Origin: a bacterium
Lineage (GTDB): Bacteria; UBA10199; 2-02-FULL-50-16; JAJFLM01
Assembly: GCA_965216315.1 (NCBI GenBank)
Contig: CBDCFN010000016.1
Location: forward strand, 1,120,001-1,184,000
DNA length: 64,000 nucleotides
Direction of reading: 5' to 3'
Part shown: in pieces, positions 8,856-17,538 of the stretch
How the letters are laid out: every line of letters starts with the position of its first letter
Position numbering within the stretch: position 1 is the first letter of the stretch
Program-made: the position numbers and the translations under genes
Notes under the pieces: generated by a model
Told to the model about the DNA's origin: nothing
Seen by the model: only the letters and a program-made list of their open reading frames with translations
Databases searched by the model: none

Positions 8856-10406
8856 ATGGCGTATTTAGCCGCATTATTGAGTGGGCTGTTGCTGACGCTT
8901 AGCTTTACGACGGTTTTCAACGGCTTTCACCTGCCCGACTTATCGATCCTGGCGTGGATCGGACTTGTCCCCTTGATCGTCGTGTGTCGCCGCGCGCCGC
9001 TGCGACGTGTCGCTTTAGCTAGTTTTATCGCCGGGACTGTCTTTAACGCGCTCGTTTCTTATTGGATCTTTCACGCGATGAATCACTATGGCGGTCTGTC
9101 GCCGTTGGCGAGCCTGGCCGGCGTTCTGGCAATGGCGACGCTGCTCGGGGTGATGCAAGCGCTTATTTTCTGGTTGGTTTTCTGGCTAGAACGACAGGGG
9201 GCCGTCCCTTTGCTCTTCTTGTTGCCGTTTTTTTGGATGTTCAATGAGTGGCTGCGTAATTATGGCCCTTTTGGCGGCTATCCTTGGTCGCAGCTAGCCT
9301 ACAGTCAGGGAGGGCACTTAACGTTCGTTCAAATTGCCGATATCTTCGGAATCTACGGACTGAGTGCTTTGATCGTCTTTGTCAATTGTGTCATGGCGGA
9401 ACTCTGTCGATTTTTTACGAAGCAGCGGCGTTTTCCGGCAAGCGGAGTCGTGACCACCGTGCTCTTGTTGGTTGTGACGTACAGTTATGGCCACTGGCGA
9501 CTCGCATACGTTGAAGGCTGGGTGCAACAGGGGTCGTCAGTTCGGATTGGGATTGTCCAGCCGAATATTCCGCAGGAATTAAAATGGCAGCCGGTACAGG
9601 CTGCTAAATCAGTACAGACATTAAAAAAGTTGACTCAAGAAGCTGTGGATCAAGGGGCAGAGTTTGTTCTGTGGCCGGAATCGGCCTATCCGGATTTGTT
9701 GCCGAGCAATTTGGCTGAGCTTTACGATCTGGCGGAGAGTTCCGTGACTATTTTGACGGGAGCCGTCAGTGTCATCTCGGAAGAGGGTATTGATCGTCGC
9801 CGGCCGGCGATCCGGAACAGCGCTTTTCAGTTTTCCCCTGGAGGGATGACGACCGGGATTTATAGCAAGACACATCTCGTCCCCTTGGGGGAATATGTGC
9901 CTTTAAAGAACGTGCTCAGCTTTTTGGATAAGGTTGTCCCTTCAATTGGCGATTTCCATGCGGGGACGACCTTAAATCTGATTGAGTGGAATAAGTATAA
10001 ATACGGCGTGACAATTTGTTATGAAGATCTTTTCCCGGAAATCAGTCGAGAATTTGTCGCTAAGGGAGCCGATTTTTTGACGAATGTGACCAATGACGCC
10101 TGGTATGGAGACTCATCGGCGCAGTGGCAGCATTTAGAGTTCTCGCGCTTTCGTGTCATTGAAAACCGGCGTCCCATGTTGCGAAGTACGAATACGGGTG
10201 TGTCCGCCATCTATGCCGCGAGCGGGAGAACTATCGAGCAATTGCCCCCGTTTCAGGAGCAGCTGATGGTCAAGGATGTTGTCTTGGGCGGACCCAATTC
10301 GTTTTATACCCGCTTTGGTGACGTCTCGATCTTCGTTGTCATGGGATTCGTGCTTGCAATTATGGTCGCCATTAAGAATATTAGGCAGCGCGATGTCACT
10401 GGGTGA
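8856..10406 (+). CDS. lnt: Apolipoprotein N-acyltransferase
   Basis: WPESA, KTHLVPLGEYVP, ICYEDLFP, TNDAWYG, RSTNTGVS. Confidence 0.95.
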   Translation: MAYLAALLSGLLLTLSFTTVFNGFHLPDLSILAWIGLVPLIVVCRRAPLRRVALASFIAGTVFNALVSYWIFHAMNHYGGLSPLASLAGVLAMATLLGVMQALIFWLVFWLERQGAVPLLFLLPFFWMFNEWLRNYGPFGGYPWSQLAYSQGGHLTFVQIADIFGIYGLSALIVFVNCVMAELCRFFTKQRRFPASGVVTTVLLLVVTYSYGHWRLAYVEGWVQQGSSVRIGIVQPNIPQELKWQPVQAAKSVQTLKKLTQEAVDQGAEFVLWPESAYPDLLPSNLAELYDLAESSVTILTGAVSVISEEGIDRRRPAIRNSAFQFSPGGMTTGIYSKTHLVPLGEYVPLKNVLSFLDKVVPSIGDFHAGTTLNLIEWNKYKYGVTICYEDLFPEISREFVAKGADFLTNVTNDAWYGDSSAQWQHLEFSRFRVIENRRPMLRSTNTGVSAIYAASGRTIEQLPPFQEQLMVKDVVLGGPNSFYTRFGDVSIFVVMGFVLAIMVAIKNIRQRDVTG

Positions 10407-11491
10407 AATAAAAGATAGACTCGAGGTCCTTAAAAAGAAGTACGCGGACCTGAGGAGGTCGCTTTGACCTGGAAGACAAGCGCACTCGCCTTGACTCCTT
10501 AGAGGCGCAGGCCGGCGCCCCCGATTTTTGGAATGACAGCGCCAAAGCCGGGCAGGTTTCTCAACAGATCAATAACATCAAGAGTGAACTCGATTTTCAC
10601 GAGCGTTTGCAGGGTCATCTCGACGATGTCGAGACGAGCTGTGAGCTCTTAAAGGAATCAGCTGATTCCAACCTTGAGGCCGAGGCGGAGCAAACACTGG
10701 TCCAACTCAGTAACGAGCTCGATGAACTGGAGTTTCAGCGTATGCTATCCGGTCCGAACGACGAGGCCAATGCAATTCTGCAAGTCAATGCGGGGGCCGG
10801 TGGGACCGAGTCCTGTGATTGGGCGGAAATGCTCCTGCGCATGTATCGGCGGTACTGTGAACGTCAAGGTTTTGAGCACCAGCTCGTCGACTTTACCGCG
10901 GGAGACCAAGCGGGCTTTCGCTCGGCCACATTGACGGTCAATGGCCCGCATGCCTTTGGTTATTTGCGCGGGGAGAACGGCGTGCATCGCCTGGTCCGCA
11001 TTTCTCCCTTTGACGCGAGCAAACGCCGGCATACTTCCTTTGCATCGGTTTTTGTCTTGCCCGATATTGAAGACACGGTGGATATTGAGATCAATCCGGC
11101 GGATTTAAGGGTGGATACTTTCCGTTCCAGCGGGGCGGGAGGGCAACATGTCAATAAGACAGACTCCGCAATTCGCATCACGCACATCCCGACGAATATC
11201 GTCGTTGCCTGTCAAAACGAGCGCTCGCAGCATCGTAATCGCGACATGGCGATGAAGCTGTTGAAAGCTAAGCTTTACGAGCTTGAGCAGGAAAAACAAC
11301 GCAAGGAACGTGAGAAACTTGAAGACGCCAAGCAAGACATTGCCTGGGGTTCCCAGATCCGTTCCTATGTCCTGCATCCTTACCGCATGGTTAAAGATCA
11401 TCGCACGAACTACGAAATGGGTAACGCCGATGCCGTGCTGGACGGGGATATTTCTGAGTTTATCCGGCAAAATCTATTGCGTACCAGCTAA
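10393..11491 (+). CDS. prfB: Peptide chain release factor 2, with programmed +1 frameshift (about 365 aa)
   Basis: 24 codons from ATG 10393 to CTT-TGA, then +1 frame DLEDK... continuous with the SPF and GGQ motifs. Confidence 0.95.
10453..10468 (+). promoter_or_regulatory. RF2 programmed +1 ribosomal frameshift site
   Basis: AGGAGG-TCG-CTT-TGA-C: internal Shine-Dalgarno 3 nt before the canonical CTTTGAC slippery stop. Confidence 0.95.
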
Positions 11492-11542
11492 AGAGATGAT
11501 CTCGCCTGTTGACTCGCGTTAACAGATAATCCCCACTGTTCA

Positions 11543-11570
11543 CAACGCAAAACCCGCAAATTCTCGATAA
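11543..11570 (+). promoter_or_regulatory. Putative sigma28-like promoter CAAC-N17-TCGATAA (paralog 1)
   Basis: Same spacing as the copies at 17403 and 20291. Confidence 0.5.
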
Positions 11571-11646
11571 TTAGAGTGTTCACTAATTAAAGGCCCAAAT
11601 ACAGCCAGCTCATGGGTTGGGTAAGCAAATGGAGGCTCGTAAGGCA

Positions 11647-14364
11647 ATGTCACATCGCATTAAAGCAATATTTTCTTCAATTTCACTGCTACTGGTTATT
11701 TTTGCCTTTGCGGCCTGTCAGGACGTCGCTTCGGACTCGAAGTCCGACACAGCCAGTGATGAATCGGTTGGAATCAATATTGTCGGCGAGGATGGTATCG
11801 TTATCGGAGATGCCCCGCAGAGTAATGAAAATGTTGCCGATCCGGTCCAGGCCACCGCGGTCGATCCATGCGAATGGTCCAAGGACGCGGTCACGTTTGA
11901 GGCGACCGGACCTATTTATAAGAGTAGTACCTTTCAAGGGACGCAGGATACCTCGACGACGTTGAGTTGGACGGTTAATACGAATTGTACGCCTTCAAAA
12001 TTAATTATTGAGAGTTTTGATGGGAGTAGTTCAGAATACAGTGGGGCGAAGGCTCAAAGCTGGACCAAGCAGATTCCGGCTTTGAGCCAGAGTGCCACGT
12101 TTAAGCTCGTTCTGCTTTATAAGAAAAATAATCAGAGTACTGTTGTACTGGAGAAATCCATCGAGGTGCCCGTGATCGTGATGGAAGATACCTTTGATGT
12201 CAGCGTAACGGCTTGCAATAATGAAACTTCAACAGAATCAAAATGCGAGCTAAACACCAATCTGACCCCTCAAAACGACTATAAAGATCCGAGCGATTAT
12301 CTCGTTACTTTTTCGATGACGAATGATCCTGAACTGAAACTCTGCATCCGTTCGCCTCATGCGGGAATTGAAGCTCAAGCCAGCAACTTCGATTGGAAGG
12401 GCTTATTTATTAAGCAGGCCTATGCGGAATACAATGAGTTGGCCGTCGTCAAAAAAGAATTTGTTTCTAATAAAGGGTTTGCCAATAAGACGGTTATGCA
12501 ACTGCATCCTGGATATTTCTATAATGATCCGGCGCCGTCACTTGGTACGGTGGTCGGAAAGGTCGAATGCTTTGATGAAAATAATATGACCATGAGTGCG
12601 GACGGCACGCAGTTGATCGGACAATTTGAATTTAAGGCAACGGCGAGCACGGACATCGTCTACTATGCCGAGCGCGCTGGTGTGAAATTCATGGAAGCGA
12701 CGATTCCGCTGAAGGTCAAGATTATCCATCCTTCATCCGTTCTCGACGTGAAACGGGCGATCCCCGGCGTAGGTGCCAAAAACTACGACTTGGTCTTGGA
12801 AGAAGACAGCCCGGTTCTGGAGTTCAAAGTGAAATTAAGTGACGGGGAGCACTTTGCTTTAGTTACTGATGCGACGGATAAACTCTATTCAGAATCGACC
12901 TGGACCGCGAGCAGCGCGAATATGGAAAAAATCAACGGACAGAGCAGTGCGACGCCACCGCCGGCTGCAAAGGAAGCAATATGCAAGATCGATAGCGAAG
13001 GGTCATACGGGAATAGCGACTGTAAGGACAAAGGCTATGATCAAAATTTTATCGAGAAGGTCCAAAAAGTTTTTCCGAAGCGCAAGGTTCACGTCTTTAA
13101 ATTCAATCAGCACGATCTCGAAGAGACCTATTACTACGCGCGAGCGATCGCCTTTGATACGAAGTCAGCATTTATCGGATTCGGTTATGGTGATTATCTG
13201 AGGGTCGGTGTGGTTGAAAATGAAGGTCTGCCCGCCCCTCAAATTCGTTTTGCGGCCTCAATGGGTGTCGGAACGGATTATAAGAGCGTTGATTACTTCT
13301 GCACAGATGACTTTAGAAAGAAGATCTTTGAAGGGCCGACTCAAGCATCGATAGCCGGTAAATCGAGAGGGCTTAAGTCACTGACAGTAGAGCGGACCGG
13401 TTGCAGTGCCTCCGGTAATTCTTCCGTCAACGACGTCTATGGCGAAGAGGGTGTCTTCGATTTCCATTCGACCTGCCATTATAATAGTTTGAACCCGGGT
13501 TGGACCCTGACGGCGGTTGATTTCTTGGGTAAAACCCACACGAAGACCTGTAAATATGCGGCGAGTGGTTGGCCTATCTACGTTACGCTCGAAGGAGATA
13601 TTGGCAATAACATCGGTACGGATCACGTCGCGTTTAAGGTGGACAAGCACGAGCAGGGCGGCCCGAATCCCTATCTAGCGACTAAATTCGAAGCCGTCTC
13701 AGGCCATAGCTGTACCATTACGAATGGAGGGGAACAGGATTGGACCGATCCGAGAGATTATGCGGATCATATTGCGCCCGGCATCACGAATGTCGGTTTG
13801 AATTGCTGGAAAGCGCGTCTCAAGGTCAAAATGATTGACGGGAAATGGTATTACGTTCGCTTTAGCGCGGCGACGGCCAACGATAGTCTAAAGAGCAACG
13901 GTTATGTGTGGGAGGCGACGCAGCATCAACACTGGGCGACCTCCCTCAGTGGGAAAAGCGAAAGCCAAAAGGCGCGCTTTACCCTGACGTTTCCGCCGCC
14001 GCTTAAATTTGACCTGGTTGGCCATAAAGGGACACTCCCTTGGGGAGATAAGATCACCACGTGTGGCTACCTGTCTGACGACGATCTGGCCGGATACGAC
14101 CTGCATGCCTTTGCACGGGCCTTCTATTTCGACGGCAAGCACGTGACGAAGGTGAGTTGCGGCTGCACGGGAGGATGTACGGGCCAGGGAGGTAATTTGC
14201 TCAACGTCAGCGATGCCGAGTCGTTTGCGAATGAAGACGTTGGTTTCGTATGGGCGGGTGAAAAAGACGGGGGCGGTCGTTGGGATTTTACCTGTACGGC
14301 CACCGGTGTCGCCGGACAGGAAATAAAACGAGATTTTCATTGGTCTTGTCCCAATAAGGACTAG
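11647..14364 (+). CDS. Large Cys-rich multi-domain lipoprotein, paralog 1
   Basis: Signal peptide ending in lipobox FAAC; STTLSW Ig/PKD-like pattern; start may be 11629 or 11647. Confidence 0.8.
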   Translation: MSHRIKAIFSSISLLLVIFAFAACQDVASDSKSDTASDESVGINIVGEDGIVIGDAPQSNENVADPVQATAVDPCEWSKDAVTFEATGPIYKSSTFQGTQDTSTTLSWTVNTNCTPSKLIIESFDGSSSEYSGAKAQSWTKQIPALSQSATFKLVLLYKKNNQSTVVLEKSIEVPVIVMEDTFDVSVTACNNETSTESKCELNTNLTPQNDYKDPSDYLVTFSMTNDPELKLCIRSPHAGIEAQASNFDWKGLFIKQAYAEYNELAVVKKEFVSNKGFANKTVMQLHPGYFYNDPAPSLGTVVGKVECFDENNMTMSADGTQLIGQFEFKATASTDIVYYAERAGVKFMEATIPLKVKIIHPSSVLDVKRAIPGVGAKNYDLVLEEDSPVLEFKVKLSDGEHFALVTDATDKLYSESTWTASSANMEKINGQSSATPPPAAKEAICKIDSEGSYGNSDCKDKGYDQNFIEKVQKVFPKRKVHVFKFNQHDLEETYYYARAIAFDTKSAFIGFGYGDYLRVGVVENEGLPAPQIRFAASMGVGTDYKSVDYFCTDDFRKKIFEGPTQASIAGKSRGLKSLTVERTGCSASGNSSVNDVYGEEGVFDFHSTCHYNSLNPGWTLTAVDFLGKTHTKTCKYAASGWPIYVTLEGDIGNNIGTDHVAFKVDKHEQGGPNPYLATKFEAVSGHSCTITNGGEQDWTDPRDYADHIAPGITNVGLNCWKARLKVKMIDGKWYYVRFSAATANDSLKSNGYVWEATQHQHWATSLSGKSESQKARFTLTFPPPLKFDLVGHKGTLPWGDKITTCGYLSDDDLAGYDLHAFARAFYFDGKHVTKVSCGCTGGCTGQGGNLLNVSDAESFANEDVGFVWAGEKDGGGRWDFTCTATGVAGQEIKRDFHWSCPNKD

Positions 14365-14377
14365 AGATACGCAGCTG

Positions 14378-14425
14378 AAGACACTTGTCTTATGCTATGC
14401 AGACATTGTCTGAATCTGCTATGAT
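14378..14425 (+). promoter_or_regulatory. Two AGACA/TGTCT palindromes and an extended -10 (TGCTATGAT) upstream of paralog 2
   Basis: AAGACA-CT-TGTCTT 14378-14391; CAGACA-T-TGTCTG 14400-14412; TGcTATGAT 14417-14425. Confidence 0.4.
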
Positions 14426-14437
14426 AGTGGAGACCAG

Positions 14438-17371
14438 ATGGAAATGTCGCACCGCGTTAAAACATTTTTCTCTCTATCCTCTGCATTTATCCTGATTTTA
14501 GTGCTGGCTGCCTGCGAGATCGAGCGTGGGCTTACTTTAGACAAGGTCGAGCCCGCTCAGGCGATGCCGGGATCCGTTGTTCGGCTTATCGGCGGTGGTT
14601 TTAATGATCTGAATCAGTTGGAGGTGAAACTCGGCGAAACGCCGGTGGCCTTTGCCGAAGAGACCGCTCAACTGGTCAGTCAGGGCGAGGATGATTATAA
14701 GGGGAATGAGATTGCCGTGCGCGTGCCTGCGCAATTACCGCTAGGGTCCTACCTTTTTAGCGTGAAGAGCGGAGAGGAAGTCGCGACGCTCCCGTTTACG
14801 GTGGGCGCGGGCGGAGGTGCGATCGTTATCGATCCGGCAGCCGGGGAAGATGAGGCCCCCCAGCCAAGCGAGAGCGAAGACGAACCGGTGCAGACGGCCA
14901 CCATAGATCCCTGTGAGTGGCCCGAAGAAGCGGTCGATTTTCAAGCGACCGGACCGATTTACAAGAGTAGCACGTATCAGGGCGACCAGGACACGTCGAC
15001 GACGCTGAGTTGGACGGTTAATACGAATTGCACGCCCTCCAAGCTGATCATCAAGAGTTTTGACGGCAGCACCTCGGAATACAGCGGAGCCAAGGCCCAA
15101 AACTGGACCAAGCAGATCCCGGCGCTGAATCAGACGGCTACTTTTCAGCTAATCCTTATGTATAAAAAGGACAATGCGAATACCGTCGTGCTGGAGAAAT
15201 CGCTCGAGGTTCCGGTCGTTGTGATGGAGGAGGCCTTCGACGTAAAGGTGACGGCGTGTAATAAGGCAACCTCCACGGAAACGAAGTGCGATCATAATAC
15301 GAATTGGACGCCGCAGAATAATTACCAGGATCCCAGTGATTATGTGGTGACTTTTTCGATGACGAATGATCCAACGCTCAAGCTTTGCATACGCTCCCCG
15401 CATGCCGGCGTTGAATCCCAGGCGCGCCACTTTGATTGGAAAAATCTCTTCATCAAGGAGGCCTATGCTATTTCCAATGATCTGCAGGTTATTCACCAGA
15501 AAGGGTTTATTGAAAAGGGATTGAAGCACAAGGGCAATTTGTACGTATTTCCAGGTTTATCTTATAACGATCCGCCCCCATCGGTCGGAACGGTCGTCGG
15601 TAAGGTCGAGTGTTTTGATTCGAATAATATGCTCGTGAGTCCGGATGGGAAGCTGTTGACCGGACAGTTCGAGTTCAAGGCGACGGCAAGCACGGACATC
15701 GTCTACTATGCTGAGCGCGACAGTGTGAAATTTATGGAAGCGACGATTCCGCTGAAGGTCAAGATTATCCATCCTTCGTCCGTTCTCGACGTGAAGAGGG
15801 CCATTCCCGGTGTTGGCGCCAAAAACTACGACTTGGTTTTGGAAGAAGATAGTCCGGTATTAGAATTTAAAGTAAAATTAAGTGATGGTGAGCAATTTGC
15901 CCTGGTGACCGATGCGACGGACAAGCTTTATTCAGAGGCCACTTGGACCGCTAGCGACGCGAATAAAGAAAAAATCAATGGTCAGAGCAGTGCGGCGCCG
16001 CCGGGGGCAGCGAAGACAGCGACGTGTAAGATCATGAGTAGCGAAGAGACTTCCGGTGCGAAGAACTGCAAGAATCATGGCTATGATGAAGCCTTCATTG
16101 AGAAAGTCCGCAAGGTCTTGCCTAAGCGCACAGTTCATGTCTTCAAGTTCGCCGTCAACGAACAATCCGAAACCTATTATTACGCCAAGGCGATGGCCTT
16201 TGACACCAAGACGGTGGCGCTGGGTTTTGGTTATGGCGACTATTTGCAGGTCGGGACGGTGAGTGAGGCCGGTCTGCCGGCGCCGCAAGTTAAATTTAGC
16301 GGGATGCCGGAGTTCGGGGCCGCTTACCATGACGTCGATTCTTTTTGTACGACGGCATTCAAGAATGAACTCTTCAAGGGCAATCTGTCGGCCATGATGA
16401 CCGGTGAGACGCGGGGGGCGAAGTCGTTTAAAATTACGCGGACCGGTTGTAAGTCGTCCGGTATCGCATCCATCAATGATCGTTATGGTGAAGAGGGAGT
16501 CTTCGACTTCAGCTACGAATGTAATTATGACGGCATGAATCCGGGCTTCAACGTCGAGATGGTTGACTTCCTTGGTGTCAAACGGACGGAGACCTGCAAA
16601 TTTAATGTCAAGATGTGGCCGATGGAATTAAAATTGACCGGTCATTATGATGGCGACAGTACGTCTGATCGGCATGATTTCTCGATCGAAAAAATCGAAC
16701 AGCCGGGCCCGGATCCTATAAAAACAATCGAAGTGCGCCGGGTGCACAATGCCTGTAGTGGGGCGTTCCTCAATAATCCGGTCAATGTCGAGGATAGCCG
16801 GGATTTTTCGCGTACGTTCAGCGTAGAAGGGAAGGGTATCGACTGCTGGCAAATCGGGGTCAAGGTCGGAACCCTCGAAGGGACAAAGTGGGTAAAATGG
16901 AACACCAGCAGTAAGTCAGTCAAAAACATTGGTAAGAAGTGGACAGCGACAGGGTGGAGTTCTTCGCGTGGCAATAGTGAGACGATCTTTTTTCCGCCGA
17001 AATTAGAATTTAGTGGTGACTTTGGCAGTGCTCATTGCTGGTGGGAAACCTCCTGGGGGGACGAAGAACTCGTCAAGGGCGAGTTTAATTGGACCTATTC
17101 AGGAAGGCATATCAAAGATGTCTCCTGTAGTTGTAATAACGGTGCAAATAAGGTCTCCGGTACTGTCGGTAATATCAAGGCCGAGAAAGAGAATGGGCAG
17201 ACACTTGGCTATCGATGGACCGGTGGGACCGATAATGAAAAATTCTGGGATTGTAGCTGTACCGCGACAGGCTATGGGGATCAGGGTGATCGCTCAAGTT
17301 CATGGTGGGCCTGTTGTGACGGTGATGAACATGATGAGAGTGGACAAACTCCCTGCGGTAATAAGCGGTAA
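14438..17371 (+). CDS. Large Cys-rich lipoprotein, paralog 2, with extra N-terminal IPT/TIG-like domain
   Basis: Lipobox LAAC; LTLDKVEPAQAMPGSVVRLIGGGF...IAVRVP...LPFTV is an IPT/TIG pattern; 56-aa stretch identical to paralog 1. Confidence 0.8.
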   Translation: MEMSHRVKTFFSLSSAFILILVLAACEIERGLTLDKVEPAQAMPGSVVRLIGGGFNDLNQLEVKLGETPVAFAEETAQLVSQGEDDYKGNEIAVRVPAQLPLGSYLFSVKSGEEVATLPFTVGAGGGAIVIDPAAGEDEAPQPSESEDEPVQTATIDPCEWPEEAVDFQATGPIYKSSTYQGDQDTSTTLSWTVNTNCTPSKLIIKSFDGSTSEYSGAKAQNWTKQIPALNQTATFQLILMYKKDNANTVVLEKSLEVPVVVMEEAFDVKVTACNKATSTETKCDHNTNWTPQNNYQDPSDYVVTFSMTNDPTLKLCIRSPHAGVESQARHFDWKNLFIKEAYAISNDLQVIHQKGFIEKGLKHKGNLYVFPGLSYNDPPPSVGTVVGKVECFDSNNMLVSPDGKLLTGQFEFKATASTDIVYYAERDSVKFMEATIPLKVKIIHPSSVLDVKRAIPGVGAKNYDLVLEEDSPVLEFKVKLSDGEQFALVTDATDKLYSEATWTASDANKEKINGQSSAAPPGAAKTATCKIMSSEETSGAKNCKNHGYDEAFIEKVRKVLPKRTVHVFKFAVNEQSETYYYAKAMAFDTKTVALGFGYGDYLQVGTVSEAGLPAPQVKFSGMPEFGAAYHDVDSFCTTAFKNELFKGNLSAMMTGETRGAKSFKITRTGCKSSGIASINDRYGEEGVFDFSYECNYDGMNPGFNVEMVDFLGVKRTETCKFNVKMWPMELKLTGHYDGDSTSDRHDFSIEKIEQPGPDPIKTIEVRRVHNACSGAFLNNPVNVEDSRDFSRTFSVEGKGIDCWQIGVKVGTLEGTKWVKWNTSSKSVKNIGKKWTATGWSSSRGNSETIFFPPKLEFSGDFGSAHCWWETSWGDEELVKGEFNWTYSGRHIKDVSCSCNNGANKVSGTVGNIKAEKENGQTLGYRWTGGTDNEKFWDCSCTATGYGDQGDRSSSWWACCDGDEHDESGQTPCGNKR

Positions 17372-17402
17372 GGTTTTCAGCAACGAATCTTTCTAACGTA
17401 CG

Positions 17403-17430
17403 CAACTCTACACATTCAACAAACCGATAA
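17403..17430 (+). promoter_or_regulatory. Putative sigma28-like promoter CAAC-N17-CCGATAA (paralog 3)
   Basis: GCAACTC...ACCGATAA; same flanks and spacing as 20290-20318. Confidence 0.55.
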
Positions 17431-17538
17431 TCCCTGTGAGGTCGGGTGCGGACTTCCTGCCGGGTTAGCAGACTCCGAACGAGAGGCAACTAGAGTGTTC
17501 ACGTGGATTGTGATGGTCCACCTTGTACCGGAGTGTGT

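Noticed and set aside
10607..11491. prfB as a truncated gene or pseudogene
   Set aside because: Explained by the canonical programmed +1 frameshift
11506..11525. Hairpin CTGTTGAC-TCGC-GTTAACAG after prfB as an intrinsic terminator
   Set aside because: No U-tract follows, so it cannot be supported as a terminator
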